NCBI GenBank assembly: GCA_044371435.1
Contig: JBILTQ010000001.1
Span: 1-62,350 of the forward strand
Source: Pirellulaceae bacterium
Lineage (GTDB): Bacteria; Planctomycetota; Planctomycetia; Pirellulales; Pirellulaceae
Direction: 5' to 3'
DNA: 62,350 nucleotides
Positions 29,721 to 39,091 of the stretch are shown piece by piece. The position numbers were made by a program, and so were the translations under genes. The notes below the pieces were generated by a model. That model saw only the letters and a program-made list of their open reading frames with translations, did not search any database and had not been told where the DNA came from. Position 1 is the first letter of the stretch, and each line of letters opens with the position of its first letter.

Positions 29721-31457
29721 CTAAAACCCGGCATTGCGGTTACGCGTCCCCGCCTTCAGAGCGGCACCGATACTCTTGAGCACCCCCTCCTCCACGGCCA
29801 AGCGGACAACTACCCCATGCGATATCATCCGCGAATAAATTGCCAAGGTATCGTGATTCTGAAGGCTCTGAGCGGCCTGAAGCATGGCATCCACCATGGG
29901 ATCTCCCGCGATGGTCTGGACATACTCGAGGATCGGATACAGCTTGAACTTCAATTCCATCGGTCTTTCCGGAACCGAAGTTTTGCCGAGACTACGGTCT
30001 AAATTCGCTTTGAGCCTCGCTTCCGCCTTTGGGCCCAACGACAAATAAACAGCCTTATCAGCAGTACCAATCGCAAAGGTCACGGTATCGGTAAGGATTT
30101 GACGGAGCACTGGATCGGCATCTGCCGGTAGAGCCATGGAACCCAAGTGCACCATCGCATTCTGGTAGGTGTAGGCGTTGAAGGTCGTCGAAAGTTTCAC
30201 TTGTTCCTTGTCGACCGCAGCCGCCACCTTTTCCGCTAATGCTGCGACTTGCCGACCATCGGCGACCCGCGCTGCCAAATCCAGATGGAAACCGTCCTGG
30301 AAAGAAACACTCAGGGCGGTATCGCTGACCCGCTCTCGGACGGTAGCAATCAAGATATCCTTCAACATCCTCCAATCGTCGTCAGTCATCTTGATATGGG
30401 CTCGAGCAGCAGCTTGGGAACCGACGGTATCCAGCATTCCCGCGAGTGTCTTTTCCACGGCTGCCAGCTGACTGTCGGGAATCGATTCGGTGCTTCGTAA
30501 ACTCGCCGGGACATCGGCAGCTACCAACTCGATAAAACTCGAAGCCGTCGATGCAGACTTCTGCAGTTGCTGATCGATCGTCGAATCGGGAAGAAACTCC
30601 ACCGCTGTTTCCAAAACGACTTGTTTGTTGGCTTGATCAGCTACCAACCCCACAACCAGCTGCCGCATCCCCTTCACTAGCTCTTCGAGTTGATTAGCGG
30701 CGGTGGCTTGCATCCGCATCGATTCCTCAAAGGCCGCCCGCTTCTCAGCCACCGCCTGCCTTTCCTCGTCTGACTTGGCACCCCGCTCTTCTTCATCCAG
30801 CCGACGCTCGGTACGTGTTACCAGCTGGGCACTCCCCATCTCGAATCCAGCTCGTAACTGATCGAGCAACAGTGATTTGACTTCGGCTGGAACACTTTGC
30901 CAATCGAATTTCACCCCGAGGTCATACTGGTTAGCTAGTTGCTGCAGCAATTCCTCGGGGATCGCCTGCTGCCGCGAGAGAATCTCTTCCTGCTGGGCTA
31001 CCACCAACCATTTGCCCAAGGATTTCATGAAGATGGGCTGGGCTCCGACGTCCAGGGTATACAAACCATTCCCTAGATCCTCGGGCTCGAGGGTGTTGAT
31101 ACCCGCAAAAAACCCCTTGAGATCGGCGATCGGAATCACGAACACAGCCTCGGGATTGCCGCGAGGGTCCAAGTGCGTCAAGACTCCAATGGGGCGGTCT
31201 CGATCGAGGCCGCGGGTGTATTGGTTGGCGAGCATCATCGCCATTCCGCCCAATTCCGGTTGATTGACTGCCCGCAAGATGTAGGTAACGTGCGACATCA
31301 ACTGTTCGAGCTTACTGGTCGAAAGCACGATCGTCGGCTGACCGACGGCGATGCCGACAGGCGATTTGTCCTGGGCAAATGACAACGGTGGCCACGTCAG
31401 CACCCAAAGAGCCACCCAACAGCCTCGAAGTAAGTAACGACCAATCGTATCGCGCAT
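29721..31457 (-). CDS. secreted hypothetical protein (about 578 aa)
   Basis: This is track ORF 29721..31547. ATG 31457 gives MRDTIGRYLLRGCWVALWVLTWPPLSFAQD, a signal peptide. It contains a charged coiled-coil-like segment, RTERRLDEEERGAKSDEERQAVAEKRAAFEE. No family is recognised. Confidence 0.55.
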   Translation of the reverse strand: MRDTIGRYLLRGCWVALWVLTWPPLSFAQDKSPVGIAVGQPTIVLSTSKLEQLMSHVTYILRAVNQPELGGMAMMLANQYTRGLDRDRPIGVLTHLDPRGNPEAVFVIPIADLKGFFAGINTLEPEDLGNGLYTLDVGAQPIFMKSLGKWLVVAQQEEILSRQQAIPEELLQQLANQYDLGVKFDWQSVPAEVKSLLLDQLRAGFEMGSAQLVTRTERRLDEEERGAKSDEERQAVAEKRAAFEESMRMQATAANQLEELVKGMRQLVVGLVADQANKQVVLETAVEFLPDSTIDQQLQKSASTASSFIELVAADVPASLRSTESIPDSQLAAVEKTLAGMLDTVGSQAAARAHIKMTDDDWRMLKDILIATVRERVSDTALSVSFQDGFHLDLAARVADGRQVAALAEKVAAAVDKEQVKLSTTFNAYTYQNAMVHLGSMALPADADPVLRQILTDTVTFAIGTADKAVYLSLGPKAEARLKANLDRSLGKTSVPERPMELKFKLYPILEYVQTIAGDPMVDAMLQAAQSLQNHDTLAIYSRMISHGVVVRLAVEEGVLKSIGAALKAGTRNRNAGF

Positions 31458-31623
31458 GCTCACAAACCCTGGAATCCAAAAGGGTACGGCCAATCGTGAA
31501 TCCGCCTGCAGGCTGGAATTATAACAAACTCTGACGGCTTGCATCATGAGGGGGCTTGATAAGCTCGGGACGATTACTGGACGCGACTGGCCTGCTCAGC
31601 CCCCAGTCAACGGATGGCAGCGC

Positions 31624-31693
31624 AAACAAAAACCCCGTCAAGCCGTATCGACCGGACGGGGTAGGTGTTTGGCGACGGCGGGGAGGCCCCGCC
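31624..31693 (-). terminator. tandem hairpins ending in a U-run downstream of the BON gene (intrinsic terminator)
   Basis: On the minus strand, GGCGGGG-CCU-CCCCGCC (31677-31693) comes first. It is followed by CCCCGUC-15 nt-GACGGGG (31633-31661) and then UUUUUGUUU (31624-31632). The element begins 14 nt after the TAA stop at 31707-31709. Confidence 0.6.
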
Positions 31694-31706
31694 TCTCAGG
31701 TAGACC

Positions 31707-32861
31707 TTATTTGCTGGTAAAGTCCAGGTACCAAAGTCCATCGTCCCACTCCAGGGCGACCTTGCGCCAACCCAGGGGAACTTGAGGATATGGATAGAAC
31801 GGCCCGATATACGGCCAAGCGGTCGCACTGTACTGCTTGGGATAGGTGACCGCGGCATAGTTCGGGTAAGCGGCATAGCTCGGCCAAGCATATCCCGGCA
31901 TTTGGGGCTGGTCGTAGCGCGGCACTCCAGCTCCATAGGAGGGCCCCATGTTCATGGGAACAGGCGTAGGCATCGAGCCGTACCCCCCGACTACCGACTC
32001 ACCCGCGACGGCGCCCGGCACCGATCCCTCATAGACCACTTCCCCTTCGTAACCGACGACGGAGCTCGGCGCGAACGCCCTCGGCGTCGGCGCTGCGCCC
32101 GTCCCCACCACGGGCATGCTCGCAGCCATCGGTGCCGCCGGCGTCATATCGGAAGCTGGCTTGACCGCTGAGGCCGAACGGGCACCGACCGTGATATCAT
32201 CGATGACTTTGGTAACCCCGGGAACCCGTTGGACAGTGCGGAGAACGAGATCCTTGTGGGCCGGATTGATCACGAAGCCACGAACCCAGACCTCGCCCTC
32301 GACGGTCGACAGATCCAATTCGAAGTTCCGCAACTCACCTTGGCTCTTGGCTTGGCTCAAACGCCGCAACGCTTCATCGGTAATCGCCGCATCCTGGGGC
32401 GAGGAGAGAGCTTCCGCAGATTCCATCGGCGGTGGCTCCGGCAAAGCGACGGTCGAGGACACATCCTCCTTCTCCGGAGTGTATCCGCCGATGGTTACGG
32501 GCAACGGCTTGCCTGCCTGCGTATCGGAAGCGGGCTTTACCGATCCGTTAGCCTCGGAACCCTTCATCGTCGTCGCTTCACGAACTTCGATGTTGCTGGT
32601 TACCTGGCGAACCCCGGCAGCCGCCTTGGCAGCCTCGATAACAGCCGCAGCCTGTCCGCTGTTGGCCACGAATCCGGTAAGCGTGACCACTCCCCCGTCG
32701 ACACTCAAGTCGATGTCGAAACCTTTCAGGCTGCCTGCGGTTTGTTGCTGTTTCAAGAGCGAAATAATTTGATCGGCGATCTCACGATCACCGCCGAACG
32801 CCGTCGCGGGCGCCGAGGCTGTCAGCGAAACAATCGCTAGGCCCAAAAAGAATCGTCGCAT
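31707..32861 (-). CDS. BON domain-containing secreted protein (two BON domains) with an aromatic/Pro-rich C-terminal module
   Basis: ATG 32861 is preceded by AGGAGGG and gives MRRFFLGLAIVSLTASAPATAFG. BON-like units are DLSVDGGVVTLTGFVANSGQAAAVIEAAKAAAGVRQVTSNIEV and DLSTVEGEVWVRGFVINPAHKDLVLRTVQRVPGVTKVIDDITV. Confidence 0.8.
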   Translation of the reverse strand: MRRFFLGLAIVSLTASAPATAFGGDREIADQIISLLKQQQTAGSLKGFDIDLSVDGGVVTLTGFVANSGQAAAVIEAAKAAAGVRQVTSNIEVREATTMKGSEANGSVKPASDTQAGKPLPVTIGGYTPEKEDVSSTVALPEPPPMESAEALSSPQDAAITDEALRRLSQAKSQGELRNFELDLSTVEGEVWVRGFVINPAHKDLVLRTVQRVPGVTKVIDDITVGARSASAVKPASDMTPAAPMAASMPVVGTGAAPTPRAFAPSSVVGYEGEVVYEGSVPGAVAGESVVGGYGSMPTPVPMNMGPSYGAGVPRYDQPQMPGYAWPSYAAYPNYAAVTYPKQYSATAWPYIGPFYPYPQVPLGWRKVALEWDDGLWYLDFTSK

Positions 32862-33204
32862 GGAATCCCTCCTACGCTTGTGTTGGCACCGAGCAAAGCG
32901 GCGTCTGTCATCAACATCGGAAGCGGTTGACCCGCGGGGAGGTCTGGCGTCTTGCAACGCCCAAACGACTGGATCTTTTTCCGGCCACTCGAAACGAGTT
33001 GGTCGACGTATCGTTCGTTAAGCGGGCCCCCCCGCGGACAACCACCCCTACTGGTTAGATTGTCCGTAGTCTGTATTCGGCAGGCAGGACCCAGTTAACG
33101 AAACGTTTTTCCCGATTTTGACGGCCTTCACGGTTATGAGCTCGATTTCCAAGCCAGACCCGCATCGCATTCCTTGCGCCTTCAGCAACCCGATCGCAAA
33201 TCGC

Positions 33205-34143
33205 CTATTTTGCCAGAGCTAGTTCGCGCTGACAGCGTTCCAAGAGGTTCTTGGTGGCCCGTATACCTTCGTACTCGCCTAGCACCTTGCCTTCGTACTC
33301 GATCCCGACATACCCGTGATAACCAGCCCTCAACACCAGGGATAGCATTTTCAGGTAATCGATCTTGGTTTCCTGGCCCTTATCGTCGAAATCATAGCTC
33401 TTGGCGCTCACGGCCTTGGCATAAGGCATCAGTTCGGCCACCCCAAGGTAGCGATCATACTCCTGGCCATCACCCAGTCGAAAATTACCGAAGTCCGGCA
33501 ACGTCCCACAGTTGGGCAAACCGACTTTCTGAATCGTCTCGCTCAGCCACTTTCCGTTGGATGATAACCCGCCATGATTCTCGACGATGACATTCAAGCC
33601 CAGCGGCTTTGCAAATTCGCTGAGCTGGCGTAAACCATCCGCCGCGTAATCCTTGGCTTTCTCGAAATCCTGCTCCGACGTAGCGGCGTTGACTCGCACG
33701 CTATGACACCCCAGAAACTTGGCCGCTTCAACCCATTTATAATGCTTTTCGACCGCCTGCTTACGCCGCTGGCTGTCGGGCTCACCCAAATTGCCTTCCC
33801 TATCGATCATGATTAGCAAGCTTTTCACTCCGTGATCGCTTGCCCTCTTCTTCATCTCCGCCAGGTAGGCTTGGTCGTTACCCTTCTCGAAAAACATCTG
33901 GTTGACGTATTCGATCGCATCGATACCGAACTCATTACGAGCCACCTTGGCAAAGTCTAGATTGTCGAGCTTCCCGCCGCGAAAAGCCCGGTTGAGCGAC
34001 CATTGGGCCAGCGAAATCCGGAAGGGCACCGCGTCCTCCGCCCCTTTCGCCCGGGGTAGCAGCGATGGCCAAGCGAAACAAGCGGCAGCCGCAGCCGAAG
34101 CTTGGCCTAAAAAGACTCGACGATGAGAAACTGGAGTTTGCAT
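33205..34143 (-). CDS. sugar phosphate isomerase/epimerase family protein (xylose-isomerase-like TIM barrel) with a Tat-type signal
   Basis: ATG 34143 gives [35 protein letters not shown], which has a twin-arginine motif. [26 protein letters not shown] and VIVENHGG are typical of the family. Confidence 0.8.
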   Translation of the reverse strand: MQTPVSHRRVFLGQASAAAAACFAWPSLLPRAKGAEDAVPFRISLAQWSLNRAFRGGKLDNLDFAKVARNEFGIDAIEYVNQMFFEKGNDQAYLAEMKKRASDHGVKSLLIMIDREGNLGEPDSQRRKQAVEKHYKWVEAAKFLGCHSVRVNAATSEQDFEKAKDYAADGLRQLSEFAKPLGLNVIVENHGGLSSNGKWLSETIQKVGLPNCGTLPDFGNFRLGDGQEYDRYLGVAELMPYAKAVSAKSYDFDDKGQETKIDYLKMLSLVLRAGYHGYVGIEYEGKVLGEYEGIRATKNLLERCQRELALAK

Positions 34144-34398
34144 GGCAAGATCCCAAAAATACATGGAGACACAAAGACAGCCGAAATCGACGGATCGATC
34201 ACCTTGCAGTATAGCTGGGCAGGTGGCGAACAGCCACGACATCGAACCTGGTCCATTCGCCCAGGGTACAGGGTACCGCTCCGTTTTAGCCGCGAAGCTC
34301 TAACCTACGCCTGGATCTCCGTCCTGCCATAGGTCGGCGGATTGAAATGATCGAACAAACGTCTGGTTAGTAGCCAGGAACGAAGGCGAACTCGCTTC

Positions 34399-35325
34399 TC
34401 AGGAACGGAGAACCCCCAGCTGTTGCAACCATAGACGGCACAAGTCGGGCCATTGCTCCGTCCCCGGCGTGCCCGTTGCCAATCCCAAGCCATGCTTCCC
34501 CTTTTGAAAGACATGCAATTCCGCCGGGACGTTGTGCTTGATGAGGGCCGCATAAAAGGCCAGGCTATTAGCTGGCACTACCCCGCGATCCTCGTGGGTA
34601 TGAAAGAGGAAAGTCGGAGGAGTATCCGCCGTTACTTGATCTTCGTTGCTGAGCAGAGCGATCAGACCTGGATCAGGAGCCTCCCCGAGAAGATTGCGTT
34701 GACTTCCAGCATGCGTGTAACTTTTGCCCATCCCGATTACCGGGTAGCACAGGATTCCGAAATCAGGCCGCGAGCTTTGACGGGCTATCGGGTCATTGGC
34801 TGCGGCATTTCCCAGGTCGTAATGGGTCAGCAGCGTCGACGCCAAATGTCCGCCGGCCGAGAACCCGATCACGCCTACTCGCGTGGGATCCACGCCCCAT
34901 GCTTGAGCGTTAGCGCGCGTCAGCCGCACCGCTCGCTGTGCATCGGTCATCGGCACCGGATGTCCGTAACCATCTTTTCGATGGCGATACTTACAGACCA
35001 AAGCCACCATCCCTAACGAATTCGCCCACCGGGCTATCTGCTCACCTTCATGATCGACCGCCAACCCGCCGTAACCTCCACCGGGAAGAATGACCAAACA
35101 TGGATAGCGGCTGGCCACCGCCGCCTGATCGGCGATCGGCAGCGGAAAGAGCCAAGCGGTCGGTTGATCCTTGGCTTCATTGCCCAAGGCGTGAGGCACT
35201 TCCCCTTCCGCCCATAAGGCAACGACTTGAGGCTGGCTTTGAGCCGCCAGTCGACCCTGAAGCAGGAGGCTTCCGAGGATCAGCCCAAGAGCTATCGGGA
35301 GGTGCCAGAAGGAGACGAACGCCAT
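34399..35325 (-). CDS. secreted alpha/beta hydrolase (esterase family)
   Basis: A signal peptide (MAFVSFWHLPIALGLILGSLLLQGRLAAQ), LVILPGGGY and the nucleophile elbow GVIGFSAGGHLAS are present. The first ATG is at 35325, and the track start 35340 is TTG. Confidence 0.8.
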   Translation of the reverse strand: MAFVSFWHLPIALGLILGSLLLQGRLAAQSQPQVVALWAEGEVPHALGNEAKDQPTAWLFPLPIADQAAVASRYPCLVILPGGGYGGLAVDHEGEQIARWANSLGMVALVCKYRHRKDGYGHPVPMTDAQRAVRLTRANAQAWGVDPTRVGVIGFSAGGHLASTLLTHYDLGNAAANDPIARQSSRPDFGILCYPVIGMGKSYTHAGSQRNLLGEAPDPGLIALLSNEDQVTADTPPTFLFHTHEDRGVVPANSLAFYAALIKHNVPAELHVFQKGKHGLGLATGTPGTEQWPDLCRLWLQQLGVLRS

Positions 35326-35424
35326 GATCGATGCCACCAAGGATAAAAGAGGGATTCAATGCGAAAACACCCAAAAACGTCCGGCTTTCGCGCGAAGAAG
35401 CCGGGATGGATGTAGGGTAATCCG

Positions 35425-35453
35425 TTGACGATTCCCCTCCGAAGAACGATACT
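35425..35453 (+). promoter_or_regulatory. candidate sigma70-type promoter for the icd-like gene
   Basis: TTGACG (35425-35430), a 17-nt spacer and GATACT (35448-35453) lie about 50 nt upstream of ATG 35502. This is a pattern match only. Confidence 0.3.
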
Positions 35454-35501
35454 CTAACCTTCGATTTCCGGCAATGTTTTTACAGAGAAAGAAGTTGAGC
35501 G

Positions 35502-36599
35502 ATGGCGCATGAAGTCACTTTGATCACCGGCGATGGCACGGGCCCTGAATTAGCGCTAGCGGCAAGAAAGTGTGTCGATGCCACAGGCGTTAAGATCCAC
35601 TGGGATGTCCAGGAGGCGGGAGTCGACGTCATGGCGCGTTTGGGAACGCCGATTCCCGATAGCACGATCGCTAGCATCAAGCGGACTCGCTGCGCGCTGA
35701 AGGCCCCGATCACCACCCCCGTCGGCTCGGGCTTTCGCAGCATCAATGTCTACCTGCGTCAGGAGCTTGGTTTGTTTGCCTGTATTCGACCCTGCAAGCT
35801 CTACCCTGGCGTCCGCACTTTCTTCAGCGAAACAGGCCTGGACTTGGTGATCGTCCGCGAGAACACCGAAGACCTCTACGCCGGCGTGGAATTCGAAGCC
35901 GGCAAAGCCGAAACCCAGCAGTTGATCGATTTCATCAATAGCTTGCCGAGCGACAAGAAGATCAAGACCCAAGGTTCGGAGACCGGGGTCTCGATCAAGC
36001 CGATCAGTGTTTCCGGAACGCAGCGCATCGTTCGCTGTGCCTTCGAGTACGCCCGCGAGAACCAGCGAAAAAAAGTCACCGCTGTCCACAAAGCCAACAT
36101 CATGAAGCACAGTGACGGACTCTTTTTGCGAACCGCCCAGGAGGTCGCCAAGGAATTTCCGGAGATTGAGTTCGAGGATCGAATCGTCGATAATATGTGC
36201 ATGCAGCTAACGCAGAAGCCGGAACTGTACGATGTTTTGGTCCTTCCCAATTTGTACGGCGATATCATCAGCGACCTGGGGGCTGGGCTGATCGGTGGCT
36301 TGGGAATCGCCCCTGGAGCTAACATCGGCCCGAACGGAGCTGTCTTTGAAGCGACGCACGGCAGTGCCCCGAAGTACAAAGGATTGAACAAGGTCAACCC
36401 GACCGCTTTGATTCTATCGGCCGTATTGATGCTCAAGCATCTCGGAGAGATCGATGCTGCCAAACGTCTGGAAGAGGCCGTGGCCAAGGTGATCCGCGAA
36501 GGGAAGGATGTCACCTACGATCTCAAGGCTGACCGCAATGATCCGACGGCCGTCGGGACCCAGGAAATGGCGGACGCCGTTTGCCGTGCCCTGGCTTGA
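35502..36599 (+). CDS. icd: isocitrate/isopropylmalate dehydrogenase family protein, most like NAD-dependent isocitrate dehydrogenase
   Basis: Motifs seen are [72 protein letters not shown] and EATHGSAP. Confidence 0.8.
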   Translation: MAHEVTLITGDGTGPELALAARKCVDATGVKIHWDVQEAGVDVMARLGTPIPDSTIASIKRTRCALKAPITTPVGSGFRSINVYLRQELGLFACIRPCKLYPGVRTFFSETGLDLVIVRENTEDLYAGVEFEAGKAETQQLIDFINSLPSDKKIKTQGSETGVSIKPISVSGTQRIVRCAFEYARENQRKKVTAVHKANIMKHSDGLFLRTAQEVAKEFPEIEFEDRIVDNMCMQLTQKPELYDVLVLPNLYGDIISDLGAGLIGGLGIAPGANIGPNGAVFEATHGSAPKYKGLNKVNPTALILSAVLMLKHLGEIDAAKRLEEAVAKVIREGKDVTYDLKADRNDPTAVGTQEMADAVCRALA

Positions 36600-37665
36600 T
36601 ATCATCAGTGGTCGCGACAGCCGTTTCGCGGCTGCTCTGGCTCGTTTTAGCCTGTTGCTCGCCAGCCAACCTTACCGCTGGGCGGTTTGCTTTCGCAATT
36701 ATGCCTACGATCAAGGTTGGCTAACGATCCACCCCTCGCCCCTGCCGGTGATCTCGGTTGGCAACCTCACTGTTGGCGGTACCGGTAAAACCCCAACCGT
36801 GGTCATGCTCGCACGCTGGTTCCGTCAACGACAGATCCGAGTAGCCATCTTGTCGCGGGGGTACGGAGCGGGCGCCGATGGCCAGAACGACGAAGCCCGC
36901 GAAATGGAAGTCAAACTCCCGGATGTTCCCCACCTGCAACATCCAGACCGACTCGCCTCGGCCCAGACTGCCAGCGAGGAACTGTCGATGCAACTCCTGC
37001 TGCTCGACGATGGTTTTCAGCATCGTCGATTGTCCCGCCAACTCGAGATCGTCTTGTTGGATGCAACCAACCCCTTCGGCTTTGAGGCGTACCTTCCTCG
37101 TGGCCTGTTGCGGGAGAGCCCTCGGTCCCTGCGACGGGCCCAGGTGGTGATGTTGACGCGGTGCGATTTGGTAGCACCTGAAGAAGTGGTAGCGATCCGG
37201 ACTCGCGTCCTTCGCTTATCGCCGAATGCGAGTTGGGTCGAAACTGAACATGCTCCCTTGCAATTACGTAACGCAGCCGGCCAGACGCGAAGTATCGACG
37301 AATTGAGCGGTAAGCATGTTTTTATCTTTTCGGCAATTGGTAACCCTTCAGCCTTTGCGGCAACCGTACGGCGATGCGGATGCACCCTTGAGGGGGAAAT
37401 CGCATACCACGATCACCATCGTTATTCGGCCCAGGACCTCGAACAGATCGAGCGGCGGATCGCGCAGCTCCCCAGCATCGATTGGGTAGTTTGCACTGGA
37501 AAAGACCTCGCCAAGCTCGAGATCACCCACCTCGGTGGCAAGCCCCTTTGGATGCTGGAAATTGACCTCAGAATTCGTCAGGGTGACGCCGCTCTGGAGG
37601 AAAAGCTCTCACGGATTCTCGCCGCCCTGCCAACGACGGACGATTCTTTCCAGCCGCCGGCATAG
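36508..37665 (+). CDS. lpxK: tetraacyldisaccharide 4'-kinase
   Basis: The P-loop [30 protein letters not shown] and LLDDGFQH are present. The ATG at 36508 overlaps icd by 92 nt. An in-frame GTG at 36586 would reduce the overlap to 14 nt. Confidence 0.88.
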   Translation: MSPTISRLTAMIRRPSGPRKWRTPFAVPWLDIISGRDSRFAAALARFSLLLASQPYRWAVCFRNYAYDQGWLTIHPSPLPVISVGNLTVGGTGKTPTVVMLARWFRQRQIRVAILSRGYGAGADGQNDEAREMEVKLPDVPHLQHPDRLASAQTASEELSMQLLLLDDGFQHRRLSRQLEIVLLDATNPFGFEAYLPRGLLRESPRSLRRAQVVMLTRCDLVAPEEVVAIRTRVLRLSPNASWVETEHAPLQLRNAAGQTRSIDELSGKHVFIFSAIGNPSAFAATVRRCGCTLEGEIAYHDHHRYSAQDLEQIERRIAQLPSIDWVVCTGKDLAKLEITHLGGKPLWMLEIDLRIRQGDAALEEKLSRILAALPTTDDSFQPPA

Positions 37666-37887
37666 TTTAGCCAGCAGGAGAATTTAGTCCTCGACATCCC
37701 TTCTGCCATCGCCCGAGCTGACCCTTCCATCCTGGTCGCTCGGAAAAACCACTGGCTTTGCTTCAATCATCGACTTTTAAGCCAGCCGTGACGGATTGTC
37801 TGGAATTGTTTGCCTTCGAAGACGATATCGAAGCAATAGTGCGGTTCCCCGCTGCAACTCGCTCCATCTCGTTTTGAAGGCATTCCG

Positions 37888-39063
37888 ATGGCACCCTTTG
37901 CCTGGCAATGGTTTGCCAGCACTTTTAACCAACTGAAACCCTGGGCCGCGTCGTTCATCGCCTGCACGACTGCCTGGAGCGGGACCGGTGGATGGTTGTC
38001 TTTGGCTGCCGAACCGATCTCCCATCATCCTGAGCCAGCGAGCTTTCCTACCCGTCTTCATCCGTCGACGGCTAGCCCTCCGTTGATCAGGCTAACTCCG
38101 CTGGATGCTCAAAGCCTTTATCCGCCAGTGGTATCCGCCTTGGCCTGCCCCAGTTCGGGAGAGTGGTTGGCAGCGGCCGGTGATGACCATGCCCTGCGGA
38201 TTGTGAATCTCCAGGACGGCAAGACCCTGCGAGTGATTCCCGGACATCAGGACTGGGTACATGCGATCGCGATCGATGAGAAGTATAACTCGCTCCTGTC
38301 CTGCGGCACGGATGGAAGCTTGTGTCGCTGGAATCTTGGAGCAGCTTCGACTGCCCCGCCCGCAATCATACATCATCATGATATGGCTCTGGCTACCTTG
38401 ACCATGGATCCCGAGTTCCGGTGGGTGGCCTGCGCAGGTTTTGGTACCCAGATCTGGATCTACTCTTTGGACTCCAACGCCTTGGTCAAAACGCTGTCTT
38501 CGCCGGGTGCCGATATCCGTTCCATAGCCTTCTCTGCGGATGGAAAATTTTTAGCTGCTGGTGGGCGAGATGGAGTCATACGGATCTGGGAATGGCAGAC
38601 GTCAAATCGTCCTCTCGAACAGCCACTGCATCGCAATCGAATCCGCTCGGTCCGTTTCTCGGCCGACGACTCCGAAGTGATGACGATCGGCGAGGACCGC
38701 CGAGTGGTTCGTTATCGCTTTGGTACCGGCCAGGTAGTTTTCGATCGAGCGATCCCCAGTGGGCGGTTGCTCAGCATGGCTTTCCTTGATGCAAATTCTA
38801 TTGCGATCGCTGGTAGCGACAATACGATCCGCTGGATTGATCTCCAATCCGGTGACGAACTCAATCGACTGACCGGACATGAAGGCTCGGTGACCGCCAT
38901 CATCTACCATGGACAGCGACTCATCTCTGGCAGCTATGACACTACGATTCGTATCTGGGATTTGGAACTTGCGCATCAGGCCAAAGCGACTGGTGCCAGC
39001 TACTATCAGCACCCGGTATCAACCCGCTTCCCCGACTCAGGTATCGTAGAGGCCATCCGATAG
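37888..39063 (+). CDS. WD40 repeat protein with a hydrophobic N-terminus
   Basis: Repeated WD-type units are LLSCGTDGSLCRWNL, FLAAGGRDGVIRIWEW, IAIAGSDNTIRWIDL and LISGSYDTTIRIWDL. Confidence 0.85.
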   Translation: MAPFAWQWFASTFNQLKPWAASFIACTTAWSGTGGWLSLAAEPISHHPEPASFPTRLHPSTASPPLIRLTPLDAQSLYPPVVSALACPSSGEWLAAAGDDHALRIVNLQDGKTLRVIPGHQDWVHAIAIDEKYNSLLSCGTDGSLCRWNLGAASTAPPAIIHHHDMALATLTMDPEFRWVACAGFGTQIWIYSLDSNALVKTLSSPGADIRSIAFSADGKFLAAGGRDGVIRIWEWQTSNRPLEQPLHRNRIRSVRFSADDSEVMTIGEDRRVVRYRFGTGQVVFDRAIPSGRLLSMAFLDANSIAIAGSDNTIRWIDLQSGDELNRLTGHEGSVTAIIYHGQRLISGSYDTTIRIWDLELAHQAKATGASYYQHPVSTRFPDSGIVEAIR

Positions 39064-39091
39064 GCTTGGCCAACAGAAACGGAGGTATTCG

